Origin: an uncultured Planctomycetia bacterium
GTDB taxonomy: Bacteria; Omnitrophota; Gorgyraeia; 2-02-FULL-51-18
Direction: 5' to 3'
Assembly (NCBI GenBank): GCA_964431835.1
Contig: CAYSKO010000002.1
Coordinates: 22,802-86,801 of the forward strand
DNA: 64,000 nt
Shown here: positions 1 through 8,634 of the stretch, piece by piece
Numbering within the stretch: the first letter of the stretch is position 1
How the letters are laid out: every line of letters begins with the position of its first letter
Translations under genes and position numbers: made by a program
The notes under the pieces: generated by a model
Told to the model about the DNA's origin: nothing
The model's input: only the letters and a program-made list of their open reading frames with translations
Database searches by the model: none

Positions 1-991
1 GAACATCGACAAGAACCGCGCGGAAATCTCGGTCAGCGTCGCCGACATGAAGGCGCGGCTCGAGGAGTGCCAGACGTCCATTCGCTCGTTCGAGGGCGAA
101 CGCCGCCAGCTTTACGGACGGCTCGAGCAGTCGATGAGCCAGATATTGAGTACGGAACAACAGCTTCGCGTGGAAACCAGCGCGCTCCGGAACGCGCTCA
201 CGTCCAGCGCCGGAACGCGCGGCTCGTTCGGAGAGATGATTCTCGAACAGCTCCTGCAGGACAACGGCTTCGTCAACGGCGTTCATTACGAGACGCAAGT
301 CCGGATGGGGGACGACGGGGAATCGAGGCCCGATTTCGTGGTGAACGTCCCCGGAAACAGAAAGCTCATCATCGACTCTAAAGAAGTCGCCGGTGAATTC
401 GTTCTCGCTCACGAGACCGAAGATCCGTCCAAACGCAGGGAACACCTCGACAAACTCGCCCAGAACATCCGCTCGAACTATGTGCGTCTCTGCAAGCGGG
501 ACTACCTCTCGCAAATGAAAGACCAGGCACTGCCTTTCGTGGTCATGTTCATTTCGAACGAATCCGCCCTCCGCGATGTCCTTCAGCACGACCCGACCAT
601 TTTCCGCGAAGCCTGCGACAAAAAAATCTATCTCGCGAGCCCCCTTTCCGTCATTCCGCTCATCCATCTGGTCGGCTACGCCTGGCAGCAGCATCAGCTC
701 GCCGCCAACGCCAAGGAACTCGGCGACACCGTGGAGGAGCTTGGGAACCGCCTCGCGACTTTCGTGAAACATCTGTCGGCGATGCGCGACGGCGTCGATA
801 AGACGGCCGAATCTTGGGAAAAAGCGCTCGCTTCCTGGGATCGCCGCGTCGCGCCGCAGATCGAGAAGGCGCGCACGCTCGGAGGCCGCCTTAAGGAAAC
901 CGAACCGCTCCTTCCACTCGAGACGCGTATGCGCCTGCCTTCCCAACCCGCTCCGGCCCCGAATGAGCCCATCCCACCCGCTAAGATTTAG
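1..991 (+). CDS. rmuC: DNA recombination protein RmuC (5' end outside window)
   Basis: Coiled coil followed by RG.FGE.ILE, RPDFVV..PG.RKLIIDSK and FVVMFI.NE motifs of the RmuC nuclease-like fold; frame is open from the window edge. Confidence 0.85.
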   Translation, partial: NIDKNRAEISVSVADMKARLEECQTSIRSFEGERRQLYGRLEQSMSQILSTEQQLRVETSALRNALTSSAGTRGSFGEMILEQLLQDNGFVNGVHYETQVRMGDDGESRPDFVVNVPGNRKLIIDSKEVAGEFVLAHETEDPSKRREHLDKLAQNIRSNYVRLCKRDYLSQMKDQALPFVVMFISNESALRDVLQHDPTIFREACDKKIYLASPLSVIPLIHLVGYAWQQHQLAANAKELGDTVEELGNRLATFVKHLSAMRDGVDKTAESWEKALASWDRRVAPQIEKARTLGGRLKETEPLLPLETRMRLPSQPAPAPNEPIPPAKI

Positions 992-1020
992 ATAAAAGAC
1001 CATAATCTATATAATATTAT

Positions 1021-1049
1021 TTGCTTTTCACGTAGGCGGCTGATAATAT
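1021..1049 (+). promoter_or_regulatory. sigma70-type promoter, TTGCTT-17bp-TAATAT with extended TG
   Basis: AT-rich intergenic region; 17-bp spacer; TGn before the -10. Confidence 0.5.
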
Positions 1050-1248
1050 TGGTGCCGTCACGGAACGCGAAGTTTTTAGGTGCACCTACCGGACTTTTAA
1101 GTTCGTCCTAGGAGATAGTGAAGCGATTCTCCGGCCCTGAAACGACCGCCCTTTCCGCGGGTGCTCCCGCCACCTTTCCCGCTCCAGAATTTCCATCTTC
1201 CATTATAAAAGTTTTTTTCTACTCGGTCGTCCGTCTGGAGGGCCTTTC

Positions 1249-1488
1249 ATGAACAAGCTCGTCACCGCATTCCAGAAGAACAAGCTTGAGGAAGTGCGTG
1301 TGCACGTCAAAGAACTCAAAGGGTACGATCTGGTCGATATCCGGGTCTATACGGCGCTTGGGGAAGGCGAGGACATGATTCCGACGGGCAAAGGACTGTC
1401 GATCGACGTGTCCCGCTTCCTGGAGCTAAAAAAGGCGATACTCGATACGGAACAAACGTTGAGGGAGAACAATTTACTTAATGAGTAA
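1249..1488 (+). CDS. PC4/YdbC-like (transcriptional coactivator p15) ssDNA-binding protein
   Basis: VRV..KELKGYDLVDIRVY and PTGKGLSI signature; GGAGGG RBS. Confidence 0.8.
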   Translation: MNKLVTAFQKNKLEEVRVHVKELKGYDLVDIRVYTALGEGEDMIPTGKGLSIDVSRFLELKKAILDTEQTLRENNLLNE

Positions 1489-2281
1489 GCTTATGGAGGC
1501 GCTGAAAGCGAGCGCCAAAGACAAACCCGCCGTCTCCGAAGAGACCGGCGCACGACCCGTCAAGACTGATTACGAAATGACTCAAGAACAGCTAGCCGAG
1601 ATCTATTTCTCCGCCGCCGAAAAGAAGCCGCAGTCTCCGCCGCCGATGATCATCAAAGTCATCGAACGGCCTGGAATCGCGAGCGTGATCCCTTGGATTA
1701 TCACCTCGATTGCCTTCCTTATAACGGCGTTCAGCCTTTTTTCCACCAAACGCGTCTTCGTCGACATCAAGGTAATCGACGAAAAAAGCGGCTATTTCGC
1801 CTCTGCGGAGCCGCCAGCTGCCGTCGTGGAGCCCGAGGCTCCGGTGGATCCCGGCGCGACGGAGGTTTCGATGCGCGGGGCGATGCTCGAAGGCGCAGGC
1901 CGGCTGAAGAGCGAGTTTTCGAACGAAGGGCTCATGTTGGTCAATACGTCGGTTGCGCCTTTCGCGCGGGCGAGCGTGCAGATGGCTCCGACGGATCTCT
2001 CGGACCGCAAGATCGTCTTTTACGCGCGCGGTGTACGGGGCGGGGAGAAGCTCGGTTTCTCCCTGAAGGACAAGAACAACAACTCCGCGTTCGAACGCGG
2101 CAAGGTGTATCCGTTTCCGGACGGCCTTTCGACCGAATGGCGCCGGGCCGAAATACCGCTCGAAGGCACGGCCAAGGAATTCAATCCGCGCAAGGTGATC
2201 AGCATGCGCTTTGAATTCGGGTCCAACGTCGACAACAAAGCGGGCGACACCGTGTACGTGAAAGACTTGAGGATCGTCTAA
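1481..2281 (+). CDS. single-TM protein with C-terminal CBM11/CIA30-like carbohydrate-binding domain
   Basis: TM segment IPWIITSIAFLITAFSLF; DLS..KIVFYARG..GGEK, LSTEWRRAEIPL and GDTVYVKDL jelly-roll motifs. Confidence 0.6.
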   Translation: MSKLMEALKASAKDKPAVSEETGARPVKTDYEMTQEQLAEIYFSAAEKKPQSPPPMIIKVIERPGIASVIPWIITSIAFLITAFSLFSTKRVFVDIKVIDEKSGYFASAEPPAAVVEPEAPVDPGATEVSMRGAMLEGAGRLKSEFSNEGLMLVNTSVAPFARASVQMAPTDLSDRKIVFYARGVRGGEKLGFSLKDKNNNSAFERGKVYPFPDGLSTEWRRAEIPLEGTAKEFNPRKVISMRFEFGSNVDNKAGDTVYVKDLRIV

Positions 2282-2286
2282 GACTC

Positions 2287-3363
2287 ATGAACGTCATCGC
2301 GGTCTCCAATCAAAAGGGCGGGTGCGGCAAAACGACGACCGCGATCAATCTCGCGGCGTCGCTGGCGTCGCTCGGCCGCCGCACGCTTTTGATCGACCTC
2401 GACCCGCAAGCTCACGCGACGTTCGGATTGGGTTTCCGCGGCGAACCGCAGAGGCTCTCGATGTACAACGTGCTAACCGAGCAGGAAGGAAAGCGACAGA
2501 GCTTCCTCGAAAGCGTCATCGTTTCGGTTTCGGCGTGCTTCGACCTGGCGCCCTCGCATGTTCTTCTCAGCACAATCGAGCAAGAGTTCACGACCAAAGA
2601 CGAATCGATCCAGCGCCTGCGCGAACTCCTCTCAAGCCTGTCGTTTCCGTACGATTACGTCGTGATCGACTGTCCGCCCTCCCTCGGGTTCCTCACGTTC
2701 AACGCCCTCCGTGCGGCGGAGACCGTGATCGTGCCTATCGAGCTTTCTTCGTTCTCCTTGATGGGCGTGGGTAAGCTTCTCAGTATGATCGAGCTTCTGA
2801 AGGTGAAGCTACAGCACACGCCGCGCGTGTTTGCCCTGCCGACGATGATCGACATGCGCACGCGCTTCTCGCGCCGGATGATGGACGAAATCCGGGGGGC
2901 GTTCGGGGAGCACGTGCTGAACAGCGCGATCCGCCAGACGATCTCGATCCGCGAATCGCAGGCCGCAGGCCGGCCGGTCGTTTCTCTCGATCCAAAATCG
3001 AAGGGCGCGATCGACTATCTCGTCCTCGCACAGGAAATCGCAAACAAGCTTCCCTCGGCCGCCGCCTCGCAGATAGAGGCGCCTCCCGCGGTGACGCCTG
3101 CCGACCGTTTGAAAGACTTCTCATTCCGGGCGATGGGCGCGCGTGAAGTGCATGTGGTCGGCGACTTCAACAACTGGCGTGTTTCGACGAACTCGCTCCT
3201 CTGGCAGAAAGAAGAGGGTGTATGGCAGAAGAAAGTCCATCTCGGACCGGGGCGCTACCGCTACAAGTTCGTCGTGGACGGCCGTTGGACCACCGATCCC
3301 CGAAACCAGGAAATCGAACCCAATCCGTACGGCGGGGTCGACTCGGTCCTCGAAGTCGATTAA
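2287..3363 (+). CDS. ParA/Soj-family ATPase fused to an AMPK-beta/CBM48-like glycogen-binding domain
   Basis: KGGCGKTT deviant Walker A, DLDPQ, IDCPP; C-terminal V.VVGDFNNW, GRYRYKFVVDGRW..DP.N. Confidence 0.85.
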   Translation: MNVIAVSNQKGGCGKTTTAINLAASLASLGRRTLLIDLDPQAHATFGLGFRGEPQRLSMYNVLTEQEGKRQSFLESVIVSVSACFDLAPSHVLLSTIEQEFTTKDESIQRLRELLSSLSFPYDYVVIDCPPSLGFLTFNALRAAETVIVPIELSSFSLMGVGKLLSMIELLKVKLQHTPRVFALPTMIDMRTRFSRRMMDEIRGAFGEHVLNSAIRQTISIRESQAAGRPVVSLDPKSKGAIDYLVLAQEIANKLPSAAASQIEAPPAVTPADRLKDFSFRAMGAREVHVVGDFNNWRVSTNSLLWQKEEGVWQKKVHLGPGRYRYKFVVDGRWTTDPRNQEIEPNPYGGVDSVLEVD

Positions 3364-3373
3364 AATAGGGCTC

Positions 3374-3919
3374 ATGCCCAAGCCCACGTTCCGCCTCCTC
3401 GAATCGAACCTCATTTACAAAGGTAGCCGCGCGTCCTTCGTGAAGGACCGCTTCGAATTGAGTCGCGCGCCGGGCAAGATCGTCACGCGCGTGGTGCTGC
3501 GTCATCCGGGCGCGGTCGTGATTCTTCCTTTCTCGGCTCCGGGGAAAATCCTGCTCCTGCGCCAATTCCGCTACGCGACCCGCGGCGACATTGTCGAGGT
3601 GCCGGCCGGAACCATCGAAGCCGGCGAACGCCCGCTCGTCTGCGCCAAGCGCGAACTTGAAGAGGAGACCGGTTTCAGGGCGAGCCGCTGGAAATTTCTC
3701 ACGCGCTTCTATCCCGCGCCCGGTATCTCGGACGAAGTGATGCATCTCTACCGTGCCGACGGGCTCAAGCCGGGCCGGAAGAATCTGGATCACGACGAAT
3801 TTCTGGAGCATTTCGAAATCCCGCTCGAACGGGCGGTCGCTCTGGCTCGGAGCGGAAAGATCCGCGACGGAAAGACGCTCGTAGCGCTCCTTTGGGCCGC
3901 GCGGTTCGGCGCGAAATGA
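3374..3919 (+). CDS. NUDIX hydrolase, ADP-ribose pyrophosphatase-like
   Basis: Nudix box PAGTIEAGE.P..CAKRELEEETG; HPGAV; ATG at 3374. Confidence 0.85.
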   Translation: MPKPTFRLLESNLIYKGSRASFVKDRFELSRAPGKIVTRVVLRHPGAVVILPFSAPGKILLLRQFRYATRGDIVEVPAGTIEAGERPLVCAKRELEEETGFRASRWKFLTRFYPAPGISDEVMHLYRADGLKPGRKNLDHDEFLEHFEIPLERAVALARSGKIRDGKTLVALLWAARFGAK

Positions 3920-5004
3920 ACGACGCCAAGCGGTATCAGAGGGAAAAGCTGCGGCTTTATTTTCTCGGAGTCGCGGTCGATCTGTGTGCGCTCCTCGTCC
4001 TTCAGGCGACCGGCGCTTCGGAAAGGGTAGCCCTCGCCGCCGCCGGCGCTCCCTTCAGGCTCGCGGAAATTGCCCTCTACATGTTGGTTTTCTTCCATGG
4101 ACCCTGGCTCGCGGGGCTTCCACTCCGTTTCTACGCGGGCCACGTGGTGGAGCGGCGATGGAATCTCTCCACCCAAGCCTCCGGAGCGTGGTTCTTCGAC
4201 GAGTTTAAACGCTGGGTGCTGGGCCTCGCGTTCTTCGTGCCGACGATGACGGGACTCGTTTGGGTCATGGATTCCTGCGGATCCTCCTGGTGGATGGCGG
4301 CCGCGGCAGGATGGACGCTCGTCACGCTTTTTGTCTCCACGATCTTTCCGACCGTGATTATTCCTATTTTTTACCCGGTGAAACCCGTGACAGGTGAGTT
4401 GCGCGAGCGGATCGCCGAGCTTTTCGCGCGTTTCGGAGTCCGCCTCGTGGGCGTCTACGAACTCGCGCTGTCGAAGAAAACGAAGAAAGCCAACGCCATG
4501 CTTGCGGGGATCGGAAACGCGCGCCGCGTGTACCTTGGAGACACGCTTCTTGGCGGATTCGAGCCCGATGAAACACGGATGGTGGTCGCACATGAGCTCG
4601 GACATCACGTCCTCCGCCACATTCCGAAGGGACTCGCTTTCCATACCGTAGCCGCCGCAGCAGGTTTTTTTCTTCTCGACCGGATCGGCGGCCCCCTCGT
4701 ACGCGCTGCGGGTGGATACGCTCTTTGGGATCTCGCCGTTTTTCCAACCGTCGCCCTTCTTTCTACATTGGGCGCGCTCGCGTTCGTTCCCGCGCAGAAC
4801 GCGTTCTCCCGCCGCATGGAGTATGAAGCCGACGCGTTCGCCTTGAAAGCTTTCCCTTCGCGCGCAACGTTCGAATCGCTGATGCGCCGCCTGGCGTCGA
4901 AGAACCTTGCCGACACCGACCCCGACCCCTTCGTAGAATTCGTTTTTTACAGCCACCCGTCCATTTCGAACCGCGTGAAACGCGCGCAAAGTCTGCCGTC
5001 GTGA
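3916..5004 (+). CDS. M48 (Ste24/HtpX) membrane zinc metalloprotease
   Basis: HELGH, EYEAD and YSHP motifs; several TM helices. Confidence 0.9.
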   Translation: MNDAKRYQREKLRLYFLGVAVDLCALLVLQATGASERVALAAAGAPFRLAEIALYMLVFFHGPWLAGLPLRFYAGHVVERRWNLSTQASGAWFFDEFKRWVLGLAFFVPTMTGLVWVMDSCGSSWWMAAAAGWTLVTLFVSTIFPTVIIPIFYPVKPVTGELRERIAELFARFGVRLVGVYELALSKKTKKANAMLAGIGNARRVYLGDTLLGGFEPDETRMVVAHELGHHVLRHIPKGLAFHTVAAAAGFFLLDRIGGPLVRAAGGYALWDLAVFPTVALLSTLGALAFVPAQNAFSRRMEYEADAFALKAFPSRATFESLMRRLASKNLADTDPDPFVEFVFYSHPSISNRVKRAQSLPS

Positions 5005-5489
5005 AGCGACTAGGAGCGGTCTTCCTCGCGCTGTCGCTTTTGACGGGAACGCCGGCGGGAGCAGAGGGCCGCCGTCAGGCGATCGTCTCCTGGGTAATCG
5101 ACGGCGACACGTTCCAGACCTCCGATGGCGAGCGGGTGCGCCTTTTGGGCATCGATTCCCCGGAATACCAGCCGCATCGCCGGAAGATCGATCCGTTCGG
5201 CAAGGAAGCGTCGGAATTTGCCAAAAAAACGCTCACCGGGAAGAAGGTGCTCCTCGAAGGGGACGTGGAACCCAAGGACAAGTACGGCCGGACGCTCGCG
5301 TACGTGTATCTTCCTGACGGGACCTTCGTGAACGAGAGCATCGTCGCCCAAGGACTCGCCAAAAGCCGCTATTACAAGCCCAACGGAAAGCACCGCGAGG
5401 AACTGAAAGCGGCTCAAAAGGCGGCTAAGAAGGCCAAGAAGGGCATTTGGAGCCTCGAGGCGTCTTCCGCCGGGCGCGGGTCTTCTTGA
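5001..5489 (+). CDS. secreted thermonuclease (SNase family)
   Basis: Signal peptide; VIDGDT, RLLGIDSPE, DKYGRTLAYV. Confidence 0.9.
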   Translation: MKRLGAVFLALSLLTGTPAGAEGRRQAIVSWVIDGDTFQTSDGERVRLLGIDSPEYQPHRRKIDPFGKEASEFAKKTLTGKKVLLEGDVEPKDKYGRTLAYVYLPDGTFVNESIVAQGLAKSRYYKPNGKHREELKAAQKAAKKAKKGIWSLEASSAGRGSS

Positions 5490-5534
5490 TAATTGGGACG
5501 AAAGGGTTTAAAATGTCCTCAAAAAGGTCCCTTT

Positions 5535-6128
5535 ATGATTAAAGAAGCCAAAATTTCCTCGGTAGTTTCTCTTTTTCCGCTGCCGCAGTACGTCGTCGTG
5601 CTCGAGGACGTGCAGAAGACACGGCTCGTCCCTATCTGGATCGGCGTGAACGAGGGGAACGCCATCGCGCTCGAGATGCAGGGCGAAAAGTTTCCGCGCC
5701 CCCTGACGCACGACCTCATGGTGAATATGCTGAAGACACTCGGCGCCGAGATCGAGAAGGTCGTCGTCAGCGATCTCCGCGACAACAGCTACTACGCGAT
5801 CATTTTCGTGAAACACGACGGGAAGACGATCGAGATCGACGCGCGGCCGTCGGACTCCCTGGCGCTGGCCGTGCGCGTGCACTGCCCGATTTTCATCGAC
5901 GAGAAAGTGTTGAACAAGTGCCCCCAGATCGACGGCTCGATTACGCAGGACGACGTTGATAAGTTCAAGGACATGCTGAAGACGATGTCCTCGGAAGAGT
6001 TCTTTAAGACTCTGGAAGAATCTCCCGCGGCGGACGGCCCCGATCTCAAGGCTTTCTCCGCGTTCGGCGAGGACGAGGAAGATGACGAGGAAACCGAAGA
6101 CGAAGAGGAAGAAGATGACGAGCGCTGA
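5535..6128 (+). CDS. bifunctional nuclease family (DUF151) protein with acidic tail
   Basis: PIWIG..EG.AI, PRPLTHDL, IDARPSDS.ALA. Confidence 0.9.
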   Translation: MIKEAKISSVVSLFPLPQYVVVLEDVQKTRLVPIWIGVNEGNAIALEMQGEKFPRPLTHDLMVNMLKTLGAEIEKVVVSDLRDNSYYAIIFVKHDGKTIEIDARPSDSLALAVRVHCPIFIDEKVLNKCPQIDGSITQDDVDKFKDMLKTMSSEEFFKTLEESPAADGPDLKAFSAFGEDEEDDEETEDEEEEDDER

Positions 6129-6146
6129 AGCGCCCGTCCACTGACG

Positions 6147-7703
6147 GTGGGCGCTCAAGGGGTAGGGCTTTACTTCGACGCCAAGCGCGTCTATCTGGTC
6201 GAGCTCCGCAAGGAGTTCGGCGAAATCCATATTTCCCGTTCCGCCGAGATCGACGTCCCGCCTCCGGCATCCGGAATGCTCCATGAATTCGGCCCCGAGA
6301 CCTGGGAAGCCATCCGCCAGGCGTTCGACCGCACGAAGATCCAGTCGCGCAGTATCGCAATCGCGCTCCCCGAGCGCGAGATCATGGTCCGCTACTTCGA
6401 CATGCCGCTTTTGCCGAAAAAAGAACAGACGGCGGCGATCCGTTTCGAATCCCAAAAATACCTCCCGTTCGACGTCCGCGATCTTTACTCCGACTACGAA
6501 CTTTTTCCCGACAAACGCCACAAACGCATGGGTGTCGCTTTCCTGGCCTCGCGGAAGAAGATCGTCGACGACGTCGCGCACAATCTCGAGCAGATGGGTG
6601 TCCGCATCGCGGCGGTCGAGACCGTATCGGTCGCGCTCATCCGCACACTTCCTCCGGCGGCCGTAAAAACCGAGGTCCAGGCGCTCGTGTCGATCGACCG
6701 GGACGGCGCGCTCACGACCGTCGTCTTCCGCGGCAAGTCGATTCTCATGTCGCGCTCGAGCGCTCCGCGTCCCGCGCCGCTCGGCGTCGCCGCGACCGCG
6801 CCCTCGGAAGAGGTCGTCGCGGAAATCCGCCTGGCGTTCAATTATTTCTCCAAAAGCTTCAAGGGTGAGCCGATCAAACGGATGCTCGTGAGCGTGGATC
6901 CGGGCGAGGAGCTGATCGGCTGGGAGGAGCTGCTTCAACGCGAATTCGGGCTACCCGTTTCGACGATCAACGCCATCCATACGCTCGGCCGCACGAAGAC
7001 CGTTTCCCCGGGTATGGCCGTCGCCATCGGCGCGGCGCTCCGCTGGGTGATGCGCGATGCGAAGGTGAACCTGCTTCCGCACACGACCGCCAAGCGGGTC
7101 GAGAGCCAGTCGCTTTCCCCGGAAGAGGAGAAGGAAGTCCTGCAGAAATGGGCCATCCGCTTCGCGATCGCGGGCCTGGTGGCGCTGGTGGCTCTGCATT
7201 TCGCGCTGGGCGCGCAGCTCGACGACCGCAAGAAGAAGCTCGACGCGGCCCGCCGCTCCCCGGCGCGCGCGGCCACCGCCAACGCGGGCATGTCGCCCGA
7301 TCAGTTGAAACAGCGCGAAGCCGCGATCAATAAGAAGCTGGTTTTCCTTTCGAATGTCTTCGAAAAGCGCGTTCTGGTCACCTCTAAACTCGTCGAGGCG
7401 GCGCGCGCGCTGCCCGAGGAAGTCCGCCTCTCCTCGCTGGATTATTCGGATCCCGGAGACAGGGAAGGCAAGTCATTCCCGACCATGAAACTCGAGGGGA
7501 TGATCTCGCTCAGCAATTCCGGGAGCGAGCTCGCACTGGCGAACCGGTTCGTCACGGCGCTCAAGGAAAACGAGGCCTTCACGCGCGGATTCGCGGACGT
7601 CAAGCTGACGGCGGTCCGCAAGAGCGTTCCGGCTCAGGACCAAGTCGCCGCGCGGCCCGGTTATGTGAGCGTCGACTGCGTGCCCGTGGAGGTGCGTGGC
7701 TGA
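6147..7703 (+). CDS. type IV pilus assembly PilM-PilN fusion
   Basis: N-terminal actin-like PilM part (GLYFD, AIRFESQKYLPF, AVAIGAALR), VNLLP motif, TM helix, then PilN-like periplasmic domain. Confidence 0.7.
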   Translation: MGAQGVGLYFDAKRVYLVELRKEFGEIHISRSAEIDVPPPASGMLHEFGPETWEAIRQAFDRTKIQSRSIAIALPEREIMVRYFDMPLLPKKEQTAAIRFESQKYLPFDVRDLYSDYELFPDKRHKRMGVAFLASRKKIVDDVAHNLEQMGVRIAAVETVSVALIRTLPPAAVKTEVQALVSIDRDGALTTVVFRGKSILMSRSSAPRPAPLGVAATAPSEEVVAEIRLAFNYFSKSFKGEPIKRMLVSVDPGEELIGWEELLQREFGLPVSTINAIHTLGRTKTVSPGMAVAIGAALRWVMRDAKVNLLPHTTAKRVESQSLSPEEEKEVLQKWAIRFAIAGLVALVALHFALGAQLDDRKKKLDAARRSPARAATANAGMSPDQLKQREAAINKKLVFLSNVFEKRVLVTSKLVEAARALPEEVRLSSLDYSDPGDREGKSFPTMKLEGMISLSNSGSELALANRFVTALKENEAFTRGFADVKLTAVRKSVPAQDQVAARPGYVSVDCVPVEVRG

Positions 7704-8233
7704 TGGCCATCGAATTCAGAAACACCAAAGAGAAGCTGATCGCGCTGGGAGCGATCGTCACGCTCGTGACGGCGTTCATTGGTTGGAATTTCGTCGCCCG
7801 TCCGAAATCCGCGACGGCCAAGAAGCTCGAGGTCTCGCGCCGCGGAGACATCGAGAAGACGGATATCGTCCGCCGCATCGCCGAAGGGGAGACGAAGTTC
7901 GAATCCTACAGGGCTCGCCTAGCCGAGAAGCGCGAGTCGAGCTGGTTCATCGAAACGCTCAACGAGATCGCCGATCGCGCGGAGATCAACCTCTCTCTCG
8001 TGACGCCGCTTCCGCGCGTCGCCGGCGAAAGCTTCGAGCGTATTCCGCTGCGCATCGAGATGACGTGTCCCTATGGAAAACTCGGGGCGTTTCTTGAGGC
8101 AGTCGAGAACCACACGCCGACCATCCGCGTCGAATCGCTCCGGATCGAAGGCTCAGGCGACCCGTTGAAGACGGCCGACGAATTACGCGTCTCCTTGACG
8201 CTCGCGGTTCTGCGCCCGTCGGAGCCGCTTTGA
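7703..8233 (+). CDS. pilO: type IV pilus assembly protein PilO
   Basis: N-terminal TM, coiled coil, PL.IEM...YGKLGAFL..VEN; operon position. Confidence 0.7.
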   Translation: MAIEFRNTKEKLIALGAIVTLVTAFIGWNFVARPKSATAKKLEVSRRGDIEKTDIVRRIAEGETKFESYRARLAEKRESSWFIETLNEIADRAEINLSLVTPLPRVAGESFERIPLRIEMTCPYGKLGAFLEAVENHTPTIRVESLRIEGSGDPLKTADELRVSLTLAVLRPSEPL

Positions 8234-8634
8234 TGCGCCGCGCCTTTTCGATCGCCGCAGCGCTTATCGCGCTCGCTTCCGTCTCCTTCGCGGCGGAAGC
8301 CCCAAAACCCCACGCCGCCCAAAAACCCGACGCCGCCAAAGTCGCCGCGCCGAAAGTCGAGGCCGTGACCGCGTCCTTCGACCGGGCGGTGAGAGACCCA
8401 TTCAATTTTTCAGGAGCTGGGCCGGTCCAAAAGACCGACAAGCCGAAACAGACGGGCTACACGCTCGAAGGGATCGTTTGGATGTCCGACCGTCCGCAGG
8501 CGATCGTGAACGGAAAGATCGTCGAGCGCGGCTCGAAGCTCGACAACGCGGAAATTTTGGATATCGATGAAAAAGGTGTTAAAATGCGCGTAGACGGCAA
8601 AGAGCTTCTTCTTAAGCCTAGGGGACAAAATTAA
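8233..8634 (+). CDS. PilP/GspC-like exported protein
   Basis: Signal peptide; RDPF and LEGIVW....QAIVNG motifs; lies before the secretin. Confidence 0.6.
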   Translation: MRRAFSIAAALIALASVSFAAEAPKPHAAQKPDAAKVAAPKVEAVTASFDRAVRDPFNFSGAGPVQKTDKPKQTGYTLEGIVWMSDRPQAIVNGKIVERGSKLDNAEILDIDEKGVKMRVDGKELLLKPRGQN

